From Deltaproteobacteria bacterium (GTDB lineage Bacteria; Desulfobacterota_D; UBA1144; Nemesobacterales; CSP1-2), in the NCBI GenBank assembly GCA_052390235.1, contig JBQTHB010000003.1:64001-128000 (forward strand): a stretch of 64,000 nt of DNA, in the 5' to 3' direction. This document shows, one piece after another, positions 42,297 through 56,151 of this stretch (positions are counted from its first letter, which is position 1; each line of letters starts with the position of its first letter). Made by a program: the position numbers and the translations under genes. The notes beneath the pieces were generated by a model, which did not search any database, was not told the origin of the DNA, and saw nothing but the letters and a program-made list of their open reading frames with translations.

Positions 42297-43268
42297 ATGC
42301 AAGACGCGGCAACTATTGAAAACGGAACGGTTCGAGAGCTGAATTTCGATGAAAACAACGGAGCGTTAAAGACCCTCTACGGCGAGCATAACGAAAACCT
42401 CAAGGAAATCGAGAACATCTTCAACGTGAAAATCCACTCGCGAGGCGGGAAAATCAGCCTCAAAGGGGAGAGCCAGGGCGTCAGCTCGGCAGAGAGGTTT
42501 CTACGGGAAATCTACCGGCTCATCTCATTGGGCTATAGCCTTGACCCAGGCGACATCGAGCTTGCGGCGAGGGTAGTAACCGAGGATAAACTCCCGCTCG
42601 ACGATATATTCCTCGATACGGTCTGCATCTCGACCCGCAAGAAGGTCATTGCCCCCAAGAGCCTCTCGCAGAAGCTCTACATCGAGGCGATACGCAAATA
42701 CGACATTAGCTTCGGCATAGGCCCCGCGGGAACGGGAAAGACCTATCTCGCCATGGCTATGGCGGTCTCGGCATTTGTAAACCGCGAGGTGAACCGAATT
42801 ATCCTCACGAGGCCGGCAGTGGAAGCGGGCGAGAAGCTCGGATTTCTCCCCGGAGACCTATCCCAGAAAATTGACCCCTACCTGCGCCCGCTCTTTGACG
42901 CGCTCTACGACATGATGGACTACGACAAAGCCTCAAGGCTCATCGAAAAAGGGGTTATCGAAATAGCCCCGCTCGCGTTTATGAGGGGTAGAACCCTAAA
43001 CGACGCATTCGTCATCCTAGACGAGGCGCAAAACACAACGGCGATGCAGATGAAGATGTTCCTCACGAGGCTTGGGTTCAGCTCGAAAGCCGTCATCACG
43101 GGGGACACCACTCAGATTGACCTCTCATCGGGAGAGAAGTCTGGACTGCTCGAAGCCGAATCGCTTCTGAAGAAAATTGAGGGAATTGCATTTGTCTATT
43201 TTTCAAGGAAAGATGTTATCAGGCATCCGCTCGTCAAGCTGATTATCGAGGCTTACGAGAGGAAATAA
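42297..43268 (+). CDS. phoH: PhoH-family ATPase
   Basis: [30 protein letters not shown] and DEAQN motifs. Confidence 0.96.
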   Translation: MQDAATIENGTVRELNFDENNGALKTLYGEHNENLKEIENIFNVKIHSRGGKISLKGESQGVSSAERFLREIYRLISLGYSLDPGDIELAARVVTEDKLPLDDIFLDTVCISTRKKVIAPKSLSQKLYIEAIRKYDISFGIGPAGTGKTYLAMAMAVSAFVNREVNRIILTRPAVEAGEKLGFLPGDLSQKIDPYLRPLFDALYDMMDYDKASRLIEKGVIEIAPLAFMRGRTLNDAFVILDEAQNTTAMQMKMFLTRLGFSSKAVITGDTTQIDLSSGEKSGLLEAESLLKKIEGIAFVYFSRKDVIRHPLVKLIIEAYERK

Positions 43269-43293
43269 ATCCTCGATTTACGGGAGGGACAAG

Positions 43294-43710
43294 GTGAGAA
43301 GCCCACTACTACTAATAGTGATATGCTCCGCGGCAATTGCATTTTCTGGGTGCGCGCGCGAGTGGAAAAACCCCAACACTGCCATCCCCTCCGACAAGGT
43401 CAGAATCGCCGCTATTCTCATAAGTCCGATATTTTATGACAGCGCCGGCGTAACAGTCGAGGGGAAGGTGTGGGACTTGCAGGTCAATGCGCTTGATAAT
43501 AAAAACCCCTACACGCGGTTTAAAATCGCCGACAGAGAGGGCAATTTCGTCAACGTCTCTGCTTCGGGAATTGTCCCCCTTTTCGAGGGCGAGATAGTAG
43601 AGGTTACAGGAATCTATCGCCGCGAGCTTCAGACCGAGGGCGGGATACGCATGAACGAAATCGAGGCGCGCCAAATCGAGAGCGGCACGGCAACATTTAG
43701 CCTCAGATGA
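43294..43710 (+). CDS. Lipoprotein with OB-fold-like domain
   Basis: Lipobox FSGC, and VTVEGKV...F.I.D..G...V.V.G pattern. Confidence 0.6.
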   Translation: MRSPLLLIVICSAAIAFSGCAREWKNPNTAIPSDKVRIAAILISPIFYDSAGVTVEGKVWDLQVNALDNKNPYTRFKIADREGNFVNVSASGIVPLFEGEIVEVTGIYRRELQTEGGIRMNEIEARQIESGTATFSLR

Positions 43711-43859
43711 GTCGCTGCCGGATACTGTGGCGAGTCATTGTCGAAACACAGGACTCCCGCTAGGTACATCCGTAGAGCCGCGCTTACGCTCTGCCGCTAA
43801 CTCAGAATGAATTAAGCCCCAGAAAAATCGAGGTGGCCGGGGAATTTAGGGCTTTGAAG

Positions 43860-46401
<2,542 letters not shown>

Positions 46402-47991
46402 CTATAGCATTACCTGCGTAACGGAGATTACATTCGGGAGCTTCGATATTTCGCCTATGACCTCATCCGAGACAGCGGAGTCAATATTAATAAACGCTAT
46501 CGCCCGCCCCCCGACGCTCTCGCGCCCAAGGTGCATCCGCGCAATGTTGACCCCTCTTGCGCCGAGAATCGAGCAAGCGCCGCCTACCACTCCGGGCTTG
46601 TCGTGGTTTTCGCATATGAGCAGATACCCCTGTGGGATAACGTCAACCGAGAAGCCGTTGACCTTTACGAATCTCGCCTCGTCTTTGCCAAATATCGTGC
46701 CGGCGACGTACTTCTCGCCTTCTGCGGTTTTGACCTTTATGGAGATGAGGCTCGTGAAATCCTCTGACTTCGAGGATTTGGACTCTACAACTCTAATTCC
46801 GCGCTCTTTGGCAATGACGGGAGCGTTCACATAGCTCACGACGAGGTCCATTATTGGGCTTAGGAATCCCTTGAGAGCGGCAATAGTGAGCGGGGCGAGT
46901 TTGAATTCGGCAACCTCTCCGCTGTATTCGATGTGAATCTCCTCAACGCCGCTTCTGCAGAACTGCCCTTGGAAACTGCCCAGCTTCTCGGCAAGGCTAA
47001 TGTAGGGCTTCATCGCTTTGAGAAGCTCAAGACTAATCGAGGGCATATTCACGGCGTTTTTCACGACGCCGTTTATGAAGAAGTCAATCATCTGCTCGGC
47101 TATGGCTGAGGATACTTTCGTCTGCGCCTCTTCGGTGGACGCGCCGAGGTGAGGGGTATAGACCAAATTTTCATCATAGCTGAAGATGGGGTTGTCCCTG
47201 TCAGGGGGTTCTTTCTCGAACACGTCAATCGCCGCCCCGCCGATATGCCCGCTCTTTAATGCCTCGTGGAGGTCTGCTTCGTTGACAATGCCACCTCTGG
47301 CGCAGTTGATGAGAATGACGCCCTTTTTCATGCGGGCTATGGCGTTCTTGCCGATGAGGTTTTTAGTGTCGGCAGTAAGCGGCGTGTGAATGGTGATAAC
47401 GTCGGCGCGCTCAATGAGTTCATCGAGGGAGACAAGCTCGATTCCCATTTTCAAAGTCGCTTCAGGGGTGAGAAACGGGTCATAGGCTATGACTTTCATC
47501 TTAACCCCGATGGCGCGCTCGGCTACGAGCCTGCCGATGTTGCCCAGACCGATGACGCCAAGGGTCTTTCCAAATATCTCTCTGCCCTTGAATTTGTCCC
47601 TCTCCCAGAGCCCGGATTTAAGCGATGCGTGCGCCTGAGGGATTCTCCTTGCGATGGCGAACATCAGGGCTATGGTGTGTTCGGCGGTGGTGGTGGCGTT
47701 CGCCTCAGGGGTGTTCATGACAACGATGCCTTTTTTCGTAGCCGCTTCCACGTCAACGTTGTCAACGCCAATGCCCGCTCTGCCAATGACTTTCAGCCGC
47801 CCCCCGGCGGCTTCAATGAGGTCGGCTGTAACTTTTGTGCCGCTCCTCACGATGAGTCCGTCAAAGTCTTTTATGATTTGCTTAAGCTCATCGTTGGGAA
47901 GCCCCTTTTTGCTCACAATTTCCAATTCGGAATAGGATTTAAGCATTGATAACCCTTCTTCCGACAGACCGTCAGTGATTAATACCCTCAA
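46402..47991 (-). CDS. serA: D-3-phosphoglycerate dehydrogenase (long form with ASB and ACT domains)
   Basis: GRAGIGVDNVD, GLGNIG, INCARGG and TPHLGAST motifs. Probable TTG start at 47991. Confidence 0.95.
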   Translation of the reverse strand: MRVLITDGLSEEGLSMLKSYSELEIVSKKGLPNDELKQIIKDFDGLIVRSGTKVTADLIEAAGGRLKVIGRAGIGVDNVDVEAATKKGIVVMNTPEANATTTAEHTIALMFAIARRIPQAHASLKSGLWERDKFKGREIFGKTLGVIGLGNIGRLVAERAIGVKMKVIAYDPFLTPEATLKMGIELVSLDELIERADVITIHTPLTADTKNLIGKNAIARMKKGVILINCARGGIVNEADLHEALKSGHIGGAAIDVFEKEPPDRDNPIFSYDENLVYTPHLGASTEEAQTKVSSAIAEQMIDFFINGVVKNAVNMPSISLELLKAMKPYISLAEKLGSFQGQFCRSGVEEIHIEYSGEVAEFKLAPLTIAALKGFLSPIMDLVVSYVNAPVIAKERGIRVVESKSSKSEDFTSLISIKVKTAEGEKYVAGTIFGKDEARFVKVNGFSVDVIPQGYLLICENHDKPGVVGGACSILGARGVNIARMHLGRESVGGRAIAFINIDSAVSDEVIGEISKLPNVISVTQVML

Positions 47992-48149
47992 TGTTATCCT
48001 CCAAGAGAAATTAAGACAGGAATTATTTAGACGGGATAGAAATATATGCGAGTCGGGGGGGGTTGTCAATCAAAATGCGCGATGATGGAGGATGCAGGAT
48101 ATAGCCCTACCCTCTCTTGAGGCGATTGTATCGAAATGATAATTAATGC

Positions 48150-48660
48150 TTTCATCCTGAGCGGAGCCGAAGCTCTGGATTCCCACTTTCGTGAGAATGA
48201 CAAACAAGCTCTGCCACTGCGAGTCTTATTCTTGTCATTCCGAACGTTAGAGAGGAATCTTATTCAGGATTTGTCGCTATAGCTATAGATTTCTCAGTCG
48301 CTAACGCGCTCCATCGAAACGACAACGGGGGTGGGGCGGCGCAAGTTGACGCAGAGGAGGCAACAACTAAAGACAACGCAGGAGGATTGTCATTCCCGCA
48401 AATCATCTGAGCGGGAATCCAGTTTTCTTCATAGTAGGAAATGTCTTCATAGTGAGTCCTTCGATAAACTCTGTATAGACTCCGTTAAGCTATGGATTCC
48501 CACTTTCGTGAGAATGACAAACGGGTTCTGCCACTGCGAGTCTTATCCTTCTCATTCCGAGCCTTATTCTTGTCATTCCGAACGTTAGAGAGGAATCTTA
48601 TTCAGGATTTGTCGCTATAGCTATAGATTTCTCAGTCGCTACTACTCTCTCGAAATGACA
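48150..48660. repeat. REP/dRS3-like palindromic repeat cluster containing a ~128-bp direct duplication
   Basis: 48176-48303 is repeated at 48493-48641 with a 21-bp insertion. Elements include ATTCCC-N8-GAGAAT and GTCATTCCGAAC..AGAGGAATCT. Confidence 0.85.
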
Positions 48661-48799
48661 GTATGTAAGGGGCGCAGGATGTGTTATGTCGAGCAATAGC
48701 AAGAAATCTCGCCCTGCGTTTCCATCCATAAATATGTAGAACTGGCAGCCCCATCCAAATTGAGAACGGGCATAGATTAGGTAACCTTCTGACCTAATC

Positions 48800-49576
48800 A
48801 TGAGCGAAGAAGAGTTCAAAGAAGAATCCAAGATGCCGTTTCTTGAGCATTTGGCTGAGTTGCGAAAGCGGATGCTTTGGTCAATTGCGGCAATAGGGGT
48901 CTTTTTTATTCCCGCGTATTCGTATTCGGAGGAGCTATTCAATCTCCTGATGCGCCCCATCATCGCCAACCTGCCCGAGGGAAGCTCGCTCATTTTCACA
49001 GCGCCGGCGGAGGGATTTACCACTTATCTGAAGGTGTCTCTATTCGCCGCTTTGGTGATGGCGTTTCCATTTGTTCTGCTTCAAATCTGGAAATTCATTG
49101 GGCCCGCGCTCTACAGAGAGGAAAAGCGAATTGCTCTGCCGTTTATCTTCTTCGGCACGATTTTCTTCCTCGCGGGGGGGGCTTTTTGCTATTTCATCAC
49201 CGCCCCGACGGCGTTTAAATTCCTGCTCGGCGAGTATTCATCCGAATACGTCAAGGCGATGCCCACAATTGCAAACGCGCTGTCTTTTTTCATAAGCCTC
49301 ATATTCGGGTTCGGGCTCGTGTTTGAGTTTCCGCTTGTCTCGTTTCTGCTGGCTAGGCTCGGCATCATCAACAGCCAGATGCTTCGGAGCTATAGGAAAT
49401 ACGCCATTCTCATCAGCACCGCCGTCGCCGCCGTCATAACCCCCACAACCGACGCAATTTCGATGATGTTCATGCTCGTGCCGCTCATCGTTTTCTACGA
49501 GCTTGGAATCATCGTAGCGTGGGTATTCGGGAAGAAGAAATCAGAGCCGGCAGACGAACAAGAGGCACAGGGCTAG
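48800..49576 (+). CDS. tatC: Twin-arginine translocase TatC
   Basis: MPFLEHLAELRKR, QIWKFI.PALY..EK, FEFP and ITPT.D motifs. Confidence 0.96.
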   Translation: MSEEEFKEESKMPFLEHLAELRKRMLWSIAAIGVFFIPAYSYSEELFNLLMRPIIANLPEGSSLIFTAPAEGFTTYLKVSLFAALVMAFPFVLLQIWKFIGPALYREEKRIALPFIFFGTIFFLAGGAFCYFITAPTAFKFLLGEYSSEYVKAMPTIANALSFFISLIFGFGLVFEFPLVSFLLARLGIINSQMLRSYRKYAILISTAVAAVITPTTDAISMMFMLVPLIVFYELGIIVAWVFGKKKSEPADEQEAQG

Positions 49577-49702
49577 GATTTATTCTGTCTCCATCCCTCG
49601 GCGCGAGGTAAAGCCCCATAGTTTCCCGCCAACGCCTGAGTTGATTTCCCCTCATGACATTTGTATATTATTGCCCATTGTGCTAGTTCGACTCTCGGAG
49701 GG

Positions 49703-50335
49703 ATGATGAGAATAATTTTTATGCTCCTCGTATGTTTAATCCTCGCGTATCCGGCGTATTCAGACGAGAATACCCCGCGGAGCAGTTCGTCCCCGCTAGG
49801 ACTCAAGCTCGGAACGTCGAGAAAGCAGGCGCTCGGCTTTATTGAATCCCGCGGCAACAAAATCATAGAAAACACTAAGGACTCAAAAAACGTTAGAACC
49901 GTGTTTATCGAAGGCGCGCTCGTCGAACTCCCGCTCGACACTGCAAACGCCGCCCTTTCCACGCGTCTTGAGTTCTACGACGAGAAACTCATGTCCTCAT
50001 CCCTCATCCTCAAATCGGACGGCCCATCAAAGCACAAATCCCTCGAAGGGGAGCTTGCCAAATTTCTCGGCGAACTCTACGGAGACGCAGGAGACACCGA
50101 AACCGTGCTTGGCATTAGGAGCCTCACCTGGTACGTCCCGAAGGTGAGAATCGTCTTCAGCGCGAACCCGTCAAATAACACCGCGAAGGTTCAGTACATT
50201 TATGAGCCGGTCAATCAAGCAAAGCGGAGCAAGGAATTCGAGCAGAAGCAAGATGGACCCGCGCCAGACCCGGCTAAGCAGATGTTCCTGGACGGCGACT
50301 ATAGCCAGTCCTCGCCGGCGAGCCGCCCCCAGTAA
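49703..50335 (+). CDS. Hypothetical exported protein
   Basis: ATG follows GGAGG. Signal peptide, then PLGLKLG.S. Confidence 0.6.
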   Translation: MMRIIFMLLVCLILAYPAYSDENTPRSSSSPLGLKLGTSRKQALGFIESRGNKIIENTKDSKNVRTVFIEGALVELPLDTANAALSTRLEFYDEKLMSSSLILKSDGPSKHKSLEGELAKFLGELYGDAGDTETVLGIRSLTWYVPKVRIVFSANPSNNTAKVQYIYEPVNQAKRSKEFEQKQDGPAPDPAKQMFLDGDYSQSSPASRPQ

Positions 50336-50342
50336 TAGGAGT

Positions 50343-50837
50343 TTAATATTTCGTGCAGGGTCGAAGCTCGTCCAGATTTGAATCGTCGGGATTTAGAAAT
50401 CCGTAGGCGTGCGCCCATTCGTGCTTCAGAAGGGGCAGGGTTCCCTCGCGGTTAAAAGCCTTATAGGTTACGATAATGAGGCTCGCGGTGGGGTCGTATT
50501 CGCCGTTGCATCTGCCTCCGTGGTATTTGCACTCAAACGTGCCGTCCACAACGGATATTAAGAACCCGCGGGCCGTCTCCCCTCCATCGGCGATGCTTCG
50601 ACACCTGCTGAATTCGAGAAATTGGCGGTCAATCTCCCCTAGAATCGCAACTTTTCTCCCCGATAGACCCTTTGGAATGGCGACGTTGAACCTGCCTACG
50701 GGGGTAATTTCCACAGCGGCGGACTGTATTTTTTCCTTATTGACCCTTTTAGGGTCAATCACCGAAGACACCCTTTGCGCGTTGGCGCAGGATGCGAGCA
50801 GAATTAACGCCGCAATTAACAGGGCCGTGATTTTCAT
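50343..50837 (-). CDS. Small lipoprotein with HExxH zincin motif
   Basis: Lipobox LASC and LLKHEWAHAYG. Confidence 0.6.
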   Translation of the reverse strand: MKITALLIAALILLASCANAQRVSSVIDPKRVNKEKIQSAAVEITPVGRFNVAIPKGLSGRKVAILGEIDRQFLEFSRCRSIADGGETARGFLISVVDGTFECKYHGGRCNGEYDPTASLIIVTYKAFNREGTLPLLKHEWAHAYGFLNPDDSNLDELRPCTKY

Positions 50838-50985
50838 CCCAATCGTCTCCTCAAGTTTGAATTATGGCTCCCAGCCCGCACAATTAGGGAATTCAGATAC
50901 TTATACGCGCTCAATCCGGCAGGCAAATTTTCCCCGCCGCCCGCTTTGAGGCATAATATAGCCTAAAAAAAAGGAGAAAGTTGAA

Positions 50986-51822
50986 TTGAGCCAACTCACC
51001 ATGAAACTCGGTCATAGCCCAGACCCCGACGACGCCTTCATGTTCTATGGCATAGCGAGCGGCAGGGTGTCGCTTCCGGGAGTGAATTTCGTTCACGTCA
51101 TCGAGGACATCCAAACCCTGAACCAGCGCGCAGTGCAGGGGGAACTCGAGGTTACGGCAATATCCGCCCACGCCTACCTCTACGTCCAGGACAAGTATAG
51201 AATCCTGTCCTGCGGGGCGAGTATGGGCGAGGGCTACGGGCCAATAGTGGTGTCTAAGGGGGCGATTTCAGCGAATTTGGCGGGAAGGCGCGTGGGCGTA
51301 CCCGGAAAGTTAACCTCGGCGTATCTCCTGCTCTGCCTGTATGCCGAGGGTTTCATCCCTGTGGAGATGCCCTTTGATGCGATAATGGACGCCGTGAAGA
51401 GCGGAGAGGTCGAGGCGGGGCTTCTCATCCACGAGGGACAGCTCACTTATGAGGGCTTAGGGCTTCGGATGACGCTTGATTTGGGCGAGGCTTGGGCGAA
51501 GGAGACGGGACTGCCCATGCCGCTTGGGATAAACACCGTAAGGCGGGATATTGACGAGACCCTGCAGAGGGGAATTTTGCGAGTCCACCGCGAGAGCATT
51601 GACTTTGGACTCGCCAACAAGGACGACGCCCTCGATTACGCCCTCAGATACGGTAGGGGGATGAAAAGGGATTTGGGCGAGAAATTCGTGCTGATGTACG
51701 TAAATAACTACACGCAAAACCTGGGCGAGCGTGGCAGGGAGGCGCTCCGGTATTTCTACGACAGGGCGTTCGATAGGGGAATAATCAAGGACAAACCGAG
51801 ACTCGACATTCTGGAGCTATAA
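50986..51822 (+). CDS. mqnD: 1,4-dihydroxy-6-naphthoate synthase (futalosine pathway)
   Basis: HSPDPDDAFMFY, DIQTLN, GYGP, IHEGQLTY and MYVN motifs. Confidence 0.9.
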   Translation: MSQLTMKLGHSPDPDDAFMFYGIASGRVSLPGVNFVHVIEDIQTLNQRAVQGELEVTAISAHAYLYVQDKYRILSCGASMGEGYGPIVVSKGAISANLAGRRVGVPGKLTSAYLLLCLYAEGFIPVEMPFDAIMDAVKSGEVEAGLLIHEGQLTYEGLGLRMTLDLGEAWAKETGLPMPLGINTVRRDIDETLQRGILRVHRESIDFGLANKDDALDYALRYGRGMKRDLGEKFVLMYVNNYTQNLGERGREALRYFYDRAFDRGIIKDKPRLDILEL

Positions 51823-51861
51823 AATCTCCCGCCGCTTGAGTGTCTCATGGGATGTTGGGGG

Positions 51862-52128
51862 TTACTTTTTTTTATCTACAACCTCGTATTCGTTCTGCCT
51901 GAGAATGATGGTTTTGCCGTCGCTATCCACGCGCCCCGCCCCCCTGCCTTTGGGCGAGAAAAGCGAGCGCACCACTAGGTAGCCTATCCCGACCGCTCCA
52001 ACCACAGCGCCGACGAAAAGCCCCAAAACCGCCAAAGCCCCGAACAGTATCGCGGCGAGAATAATGACCGGATACAGGGAAAGCGGTATGTTTTTCCTAT
52101 TGAAATAAAATCCGAAGTTTTTTTTCAT
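51862..52128 (-). CDS. Small hypothetical membrane protein
   Basis: Long hydrophobic segment; co-oriented after moxR. Confidence 0.55.
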   Translation of the reverse strand: MKKNFGFYFNRKNIPLSLYPVIILAAILFGALAVLGLFVGAVVGAVGIGYLVVRSLFSPKGRGAGRVDSDGKTIILRQNEYEVVDKKK

Positions 52129-52214
52129 TGTCCATAACCTCTCATCTTCTGGCGCAAATTAGTATCGCATCGCCCCCCACTGGGATAAATTATAGCCGAA
52201 CCCGCGATAATCCA

Positions 52215-53174
52215 TCAGACCGGCACGCGAACCCTCTCAAGAGCCTCGCGCACAGCCTGCTCCTCCCCTCCGCTCCTTCCAAAGGAACGGCCGTTTTTCA
52301 GTACAACCCTATGAGCCAAAACCGATACCGCCGTGCGCTTTATGTCATCAGGGATGCAGTACATCCGCCCCTCGACAATGGCGTGAGCCTGAGCCACGAG
52401 CTTTAGCGCTATCGCTCCCCTTGGGCTTACCCCAAGCTCAAATACTCTTAGGTTTCTGGTCTCGCCGACTATGGCTAGAATATAATCGAGCAGAGAGTCG
52501 TCCACCCGCACCTTTTCCGCCACGGCTTGGAGTCCCGACACTTCATCTCTCGATATAACGGGATGAATTCCCTCGGAGGGATTTAACGCGCTCTGTCGCT
52601 GGAGAATCGCCTTTTCGCTCTCATGGCTCGGATACCCGACACTTATACGCATAGAGAACCTGTCAAGCTGGTTTTCGGGAAGGGGAAACGTGCCTTTGTA
52701 TTCAAACGGGTTCTGAGTGGCAACAACCATAAACGGCTTCGGAAGCTCGCGGCTCACCCCATCCACAGTAACGCACCCCTCGCTCATCGCCTCTAGGAGC
52801 GCGCTTTGGGTTTTGGGGGTAGCGCGGTTGATTTCATCGGCAAGAACGACGTTGGCAAAAACGGGCCCCGGCTTGAAATTGAACTCCCCAGATTTTTGGT
52901 CGAATATTGAGACGCCGAGAATGTCAGAGGGCAGAAGGTCGCTTGTGAACTGTATTTTTTTAAATGCCAGAGCGGTTGATTTGGCAAGCGTGCCGGCGAG
53001 CGTGGTTTTTCCGACCCCCGGCATATCCTCAATTAAAATATGCCCCTGAGCGATAAGCCCAACGATAACGGATTTGACGGTTTCGGGCTTGCCTTGAATT
53101 ACTTTTTCTATGTTTCGCTGTAGGGTTTTAATCTTTTTTATAAGCTCGGACAGTTCCAAAGCGTATTCCCCCAA
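52215..53174 (-). CDS. MoxR-family AAA+ ATPase
   Basis: PGVGKT, QFTSDLLPSD, DEINRATPKTQSALLEAM and ATQNP motifs. Confidence 0.93.
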   Translation of the reverse strand: MGEYALELSELIKKIKTLQRNIEKVIQGKPETVKSVIVGLIAQGHILIEDMPGVGKTTLAGTLAKSTALAFKKIQFTSDLLPSDILGVSIFDQKSGEFNFKPGPVFANVVLADEINRATPKTQSALLEAMSEGCVTVDGVSRELPKPFMVVATQNPFEYKGTFPLPENQLDRFSMRISVGYPSHESEKAILQRQSALNPSEGIHPVISRDEVSGLQAVAEKVRVDDSLLDYILAIVGETRNLRVFELGVSPRGAIALKLVAQAHAIVEGRMYCIPDDIKRTAVSVLAHRVVLKNGRSFGRSGGEEQAVREALERVRVPV

Positions 53175-53223
53175 TTATAGTCGCCGGCGCGGATCGCTAA
53201 TTGCTTGCATCCCTCATCGGGAA

Positions 53224-56079
53224 TCACGCCTCAGCGCCGCAGCATTTTTTATACTTTTTTCCGCTTCCGCATGGGCAGGGGTCGTTCCTGCCGACCTTCT
53301 GCTCGCGCTTTGCGGGTTTTTTACCCTCGTCGCTTTCGGCTTTGTTTAAAACCAGTCTCTGCTGATCGGCTTTTCTCTTGCGCTCGAGACTCTCCACGTC
53401 CACATCGCTTACGGGCTTGACCCTAAAGAGCTTCTCGCACACATCCGCCGAGAGCCGCCCTATCAGCCCTGAAAACATGGCGTAGCCCTCTTTTTTATAT
53501 TCATAGAGCGGGTCTTTTTGGGCGTATCCCCTAAGTCCAATTCCCTCTCTGAGGTGATCCATACTGAGCAGATGGTCTTTCCACAGGTAATCGAGCGTCT
53601 GAAGCATGATGAATCTCTCGATTTGACGCATGGTGTCCGCGCCGATGTCAGCCTCTTTTTGCTCATAGGAGGCGAAGACCTGAGCGCGAATCGCCTCAAT
53701 AAGCTCATCCCTCGATGCCCCGTTTTGGAACAGCCCATTGGACTCGAACTGGAGATTGAAATTGCCATGCAGGGCTTCGGTAAGCCCGCTTGAGTCCGCC
53801 CCGCTCGCGCCGCTTCTCTCAGGTATGAACGAGGCTACGGTCTCATCCAAAATGCCGCCTGCCATATCGTAGAACGCATCCTTGAGGTTTTCGCCCTGAA
53901 GGAACTCCCGCCGCTTCCTATAGACGACGTCTCTTTGAGTGTTCAGCACGTCGTCGTATTCAAGCAGGTGCTTTCTGATGTCGAAATTTCTCGCCTCGAC
54001 CTGCTTCTGAGCATTTTCGATGGATTTGGTGATGAGTTTCGCCTCTATCGGTTCGCCCTCTTCCCAGCCGAGCCTGTCCATGATTTTCGATATTCTCTCG
54101 GAGGCAAATATCCTCATTAAATCATCTTCAAGCGATACGAAAAAGCGCGACGCCCCGGGGTCTCCCTGCCTGCCTGAGCGCCCCCTTAGCTGATTGTCAA
54201 TCCTCCTCGATTCGTGCCGCTCCGTGCCAATAATCGTAAGCCCGCCGAGTTCGATGACCTTCCTCTTCTCTCTCTCACAGATGGATTTCGCCTCCAGCAT
54301 CGCCTCTTCAAACTGACTTGGGGTCGCGTCCTGAGGCTCTGCCTTGAGCCTGCGCCTCAAAATATCGCGCGCCAAAAACTCTGAGTTGCCTCCGAGCAGG
54401 ATGTCCGTTCCGCGTCCTGCCATGTTTGTGGCAATCGTGATAGCGCCGATACGCCCGGCTTGGGCGACGATTTCGGCTTCTTTCTCGTGATGTTTTGCGT
54501 TCAGCACCTGATGCGGGATTTTAGCCTTGTCTAGCTCGCGGCTGAGTTTCTCGGATTTCTCGATTGAAGTTGTTCCGACAAGCACGGGGCGGCCCGCGGT
54601 GTTTAGCTCCCGAATTTCTTTGACCAATGCGCCGAGTTTCTCGCGGTCGGATCTGTAAATGGAGTCGTTGTGGTCGGCTCGAATCATCGCCCTGTGCGTG
54701 GGGACGACCGATACGTCGAGCTTGTAGATATTTTTGAATTCAAACGCCTCGGTGTCCGCCGTGCCGGTCATGCCCGCGAGCTTGTGATACATTCTGAAAT
54801 AATTTTGAATAGTGATAGTGGCAAGCGTTTGGTTTTCGTTTTCGATTTGGACGCCCTCTTTTGCCTCGATAGCCTGATGGAGACCGTCGCTCCAGCGTCT
54901 GCCGGGCATGAGGCGTCCGGTGAATTCATCCACAATTACGACTTTGCCGTCGCTAATCATGTAGTCCACATCGAGTTGAAATAAATTATGGGCGCGCAGG
55001 GCTTGTATAACGTGGTGTAGCAGTTCAAGGTTCGCCGGGTCATAGACGTTTCCGACGCCGAGCATCTTCTCAATTCTAGTTGAGCCGTCTTCGGTGGGGG
55101 TTATCTGGCGGGTTTTCTCATCAACCGTAAAGTCCGCGTCTCTTTTGAGCTTCCTCACGACGGTGTCAATTTCGTAGTAGAGCTTAGTGGAATCCTCCGA
55201 GGGGCCGGAGATAATAAGCGGGGTTCTCGCCTCGTCTATCAGGATGCTGTCAACCTCGTCAACTATGGCGAAGTTGTGTTCGCGCTGAACGTAGTCGGCA
55301 AGGGAGAACTTCATATTGTCCCTCAGGTAGTCGAAGCCGAATTCGTTGTTAGTGCCGTAGGTGGCGTCGGCGGCGTAAGCGGCTTTTCTCGTGCAGGGGA
55401 TGAGTTTGGTCTTAAATGCGGAGAACGCGTCGAGGTTTTTCTCCGGTGGAACGTCGCCGTTTGTAAACCCGTCTGGCCAAACCGAGAGGCTTTCCGCAAC
55501 GGCGCGCTCGGCTCTCTGAGGGTCTTCCCACTCAAGCAAATAGGACGCCTCGTGGTTTACGACGCCGACTCTGAGTCCCAGCAGTTTATAAATGGGCCCC
55601 ATCCAAGTAGCATCTCGCCTTGCCAAATAGTCGTTCACCGTAACCAGATGCACCCCTAAGCCGGTTAAGCCGTTTAGATAAATCGTAAGGGCGGCGACTA
55701 GGGTCTTTCCCTCTCCGGTCTTCATCTCGGCGATTTTGCCCTGATGAAGCACCATCCCTCCGATAAGCTGAACGTCAAAGTGGCGCATCCCAAGAGTCCT
55801 GCGGGAGGCTTCCCTTGCCACAGCGAACGCTTCGGGGAGTATCTCCCAGAGGGCTTGATTTAATTTCTCGCGGTAGCGCTCTTCGGACGCGTCGGCGGCG
55901 CGGGCGAGATTTTTTTTAATTTCGTCTCTGAAATAATCCGTCCTGGCTCGGAGCTGCGCCGTGGGGAGTTTGGTCAACTCCTTCTCATAAGCCCCAATTT
56001 CGGCGGCGATGGGACGGAGCTTTTTTATTTCTCTGTCGTTTTGAGTGCCTACAATTTTTTTCATAATATAAGAAAGCAT
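53224..56079 (-). CDS. secA: Protein translocase subunit SecA
   Basis: [36 protein letters not shown] and a C-terminal [13 protein letters not shown]. Start moved to MLSY. Confidence 0.98.
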   Translation of the reverse strand: MLSYIMKKIVGTQNDREIKKLRPIAAEIGAYEKELTKLPTAQLRARTDYFRDEIKKNLARAADASEERYREKLNQALWEILPEAFAVAREASRRTLGMRHFDVQLIGGMVLHQGKIAEMKTGEGKTLVAALTIYLNGLTGLGVHLVTVNDYLARRDATWMGPIYKLLGLRVGVVNHEASYLLEWEDPQRAERAVAESLSVWPDGFTNGDVPPEKNLDAFSAFKTKLIPCTRKAAYAADATYGTNNEFGFDYLRDNMKFSLADYVQREHNFAIVDEVDSILIDEARTPLIISGPSEDSTKLYYEIDTVVRKLKRDADFTVDEKTRQITPTEDGSTRIEKMLGVGNVYDPANLELLHHVIQALRAHNLFQLDVDYMISDGKVVIVDEFTGRLMPGRRWSDGLHQAIEAKEGVQIENENQTLATITIQNYFRMYHKLAGMTGTADTEAFEFKNIYKLDVSVVPTHRAMIRADHNDSIYRSDREKLGALVKEIRELNTAGRPVLVGTTSIEKSEKLSRELDKAKIPHQVLNAKHHEKEAEIVAQAGRIGAITIATNMAGRGTDILLGGNSEFLARDILRRRLKAEPQDATPSQFEEAMLEAKSICEREKRKVIELGGLTIIGTERHESRRIDNQLRGRSGRQGDPGASRFFVSLEDDLMRIFASERISKIMDRLGWEEGEPIEAKLITKSIENAQKQVEARNFDIRKHLLEYDDVLNTQRDVVYRKRREFLQGENLKDAFYDMAGGILDETVASFIPERSGASGADSSGLTEALHGNFNLQFESNGLFQNGASRDELIEAIRAQVFASYEQKEADIGADTMRQIERFIMLQTLDYLWKDHLLSMDHLREGIGLRGYAQKDPLYEYKKEGYAMFSGLIGRLSADVCEKLFRVKPVSDVDVESLERKRKADQQRLVLNKAESDEGKKPAKREQKVGRNDPCPCGSGKKYKKCCGAEA

Positions 56080-56151
56080 AGTTTTTGAATAACCCTCCTG
56101 ACCTGCCAATTAAACCCGTGATTTATGAAATAGTTCCCTAAGATTATATGT

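Noticed and set aside
48331..48588. 85-aa ORF in the repeat region
   Set aside because: A translation of palindromic repeats with no SD or protein motifs.
48176..48641. CRISPR array
   Set aside because: Only two long copies, no regular repeat-spacer pattern and no cas genes.
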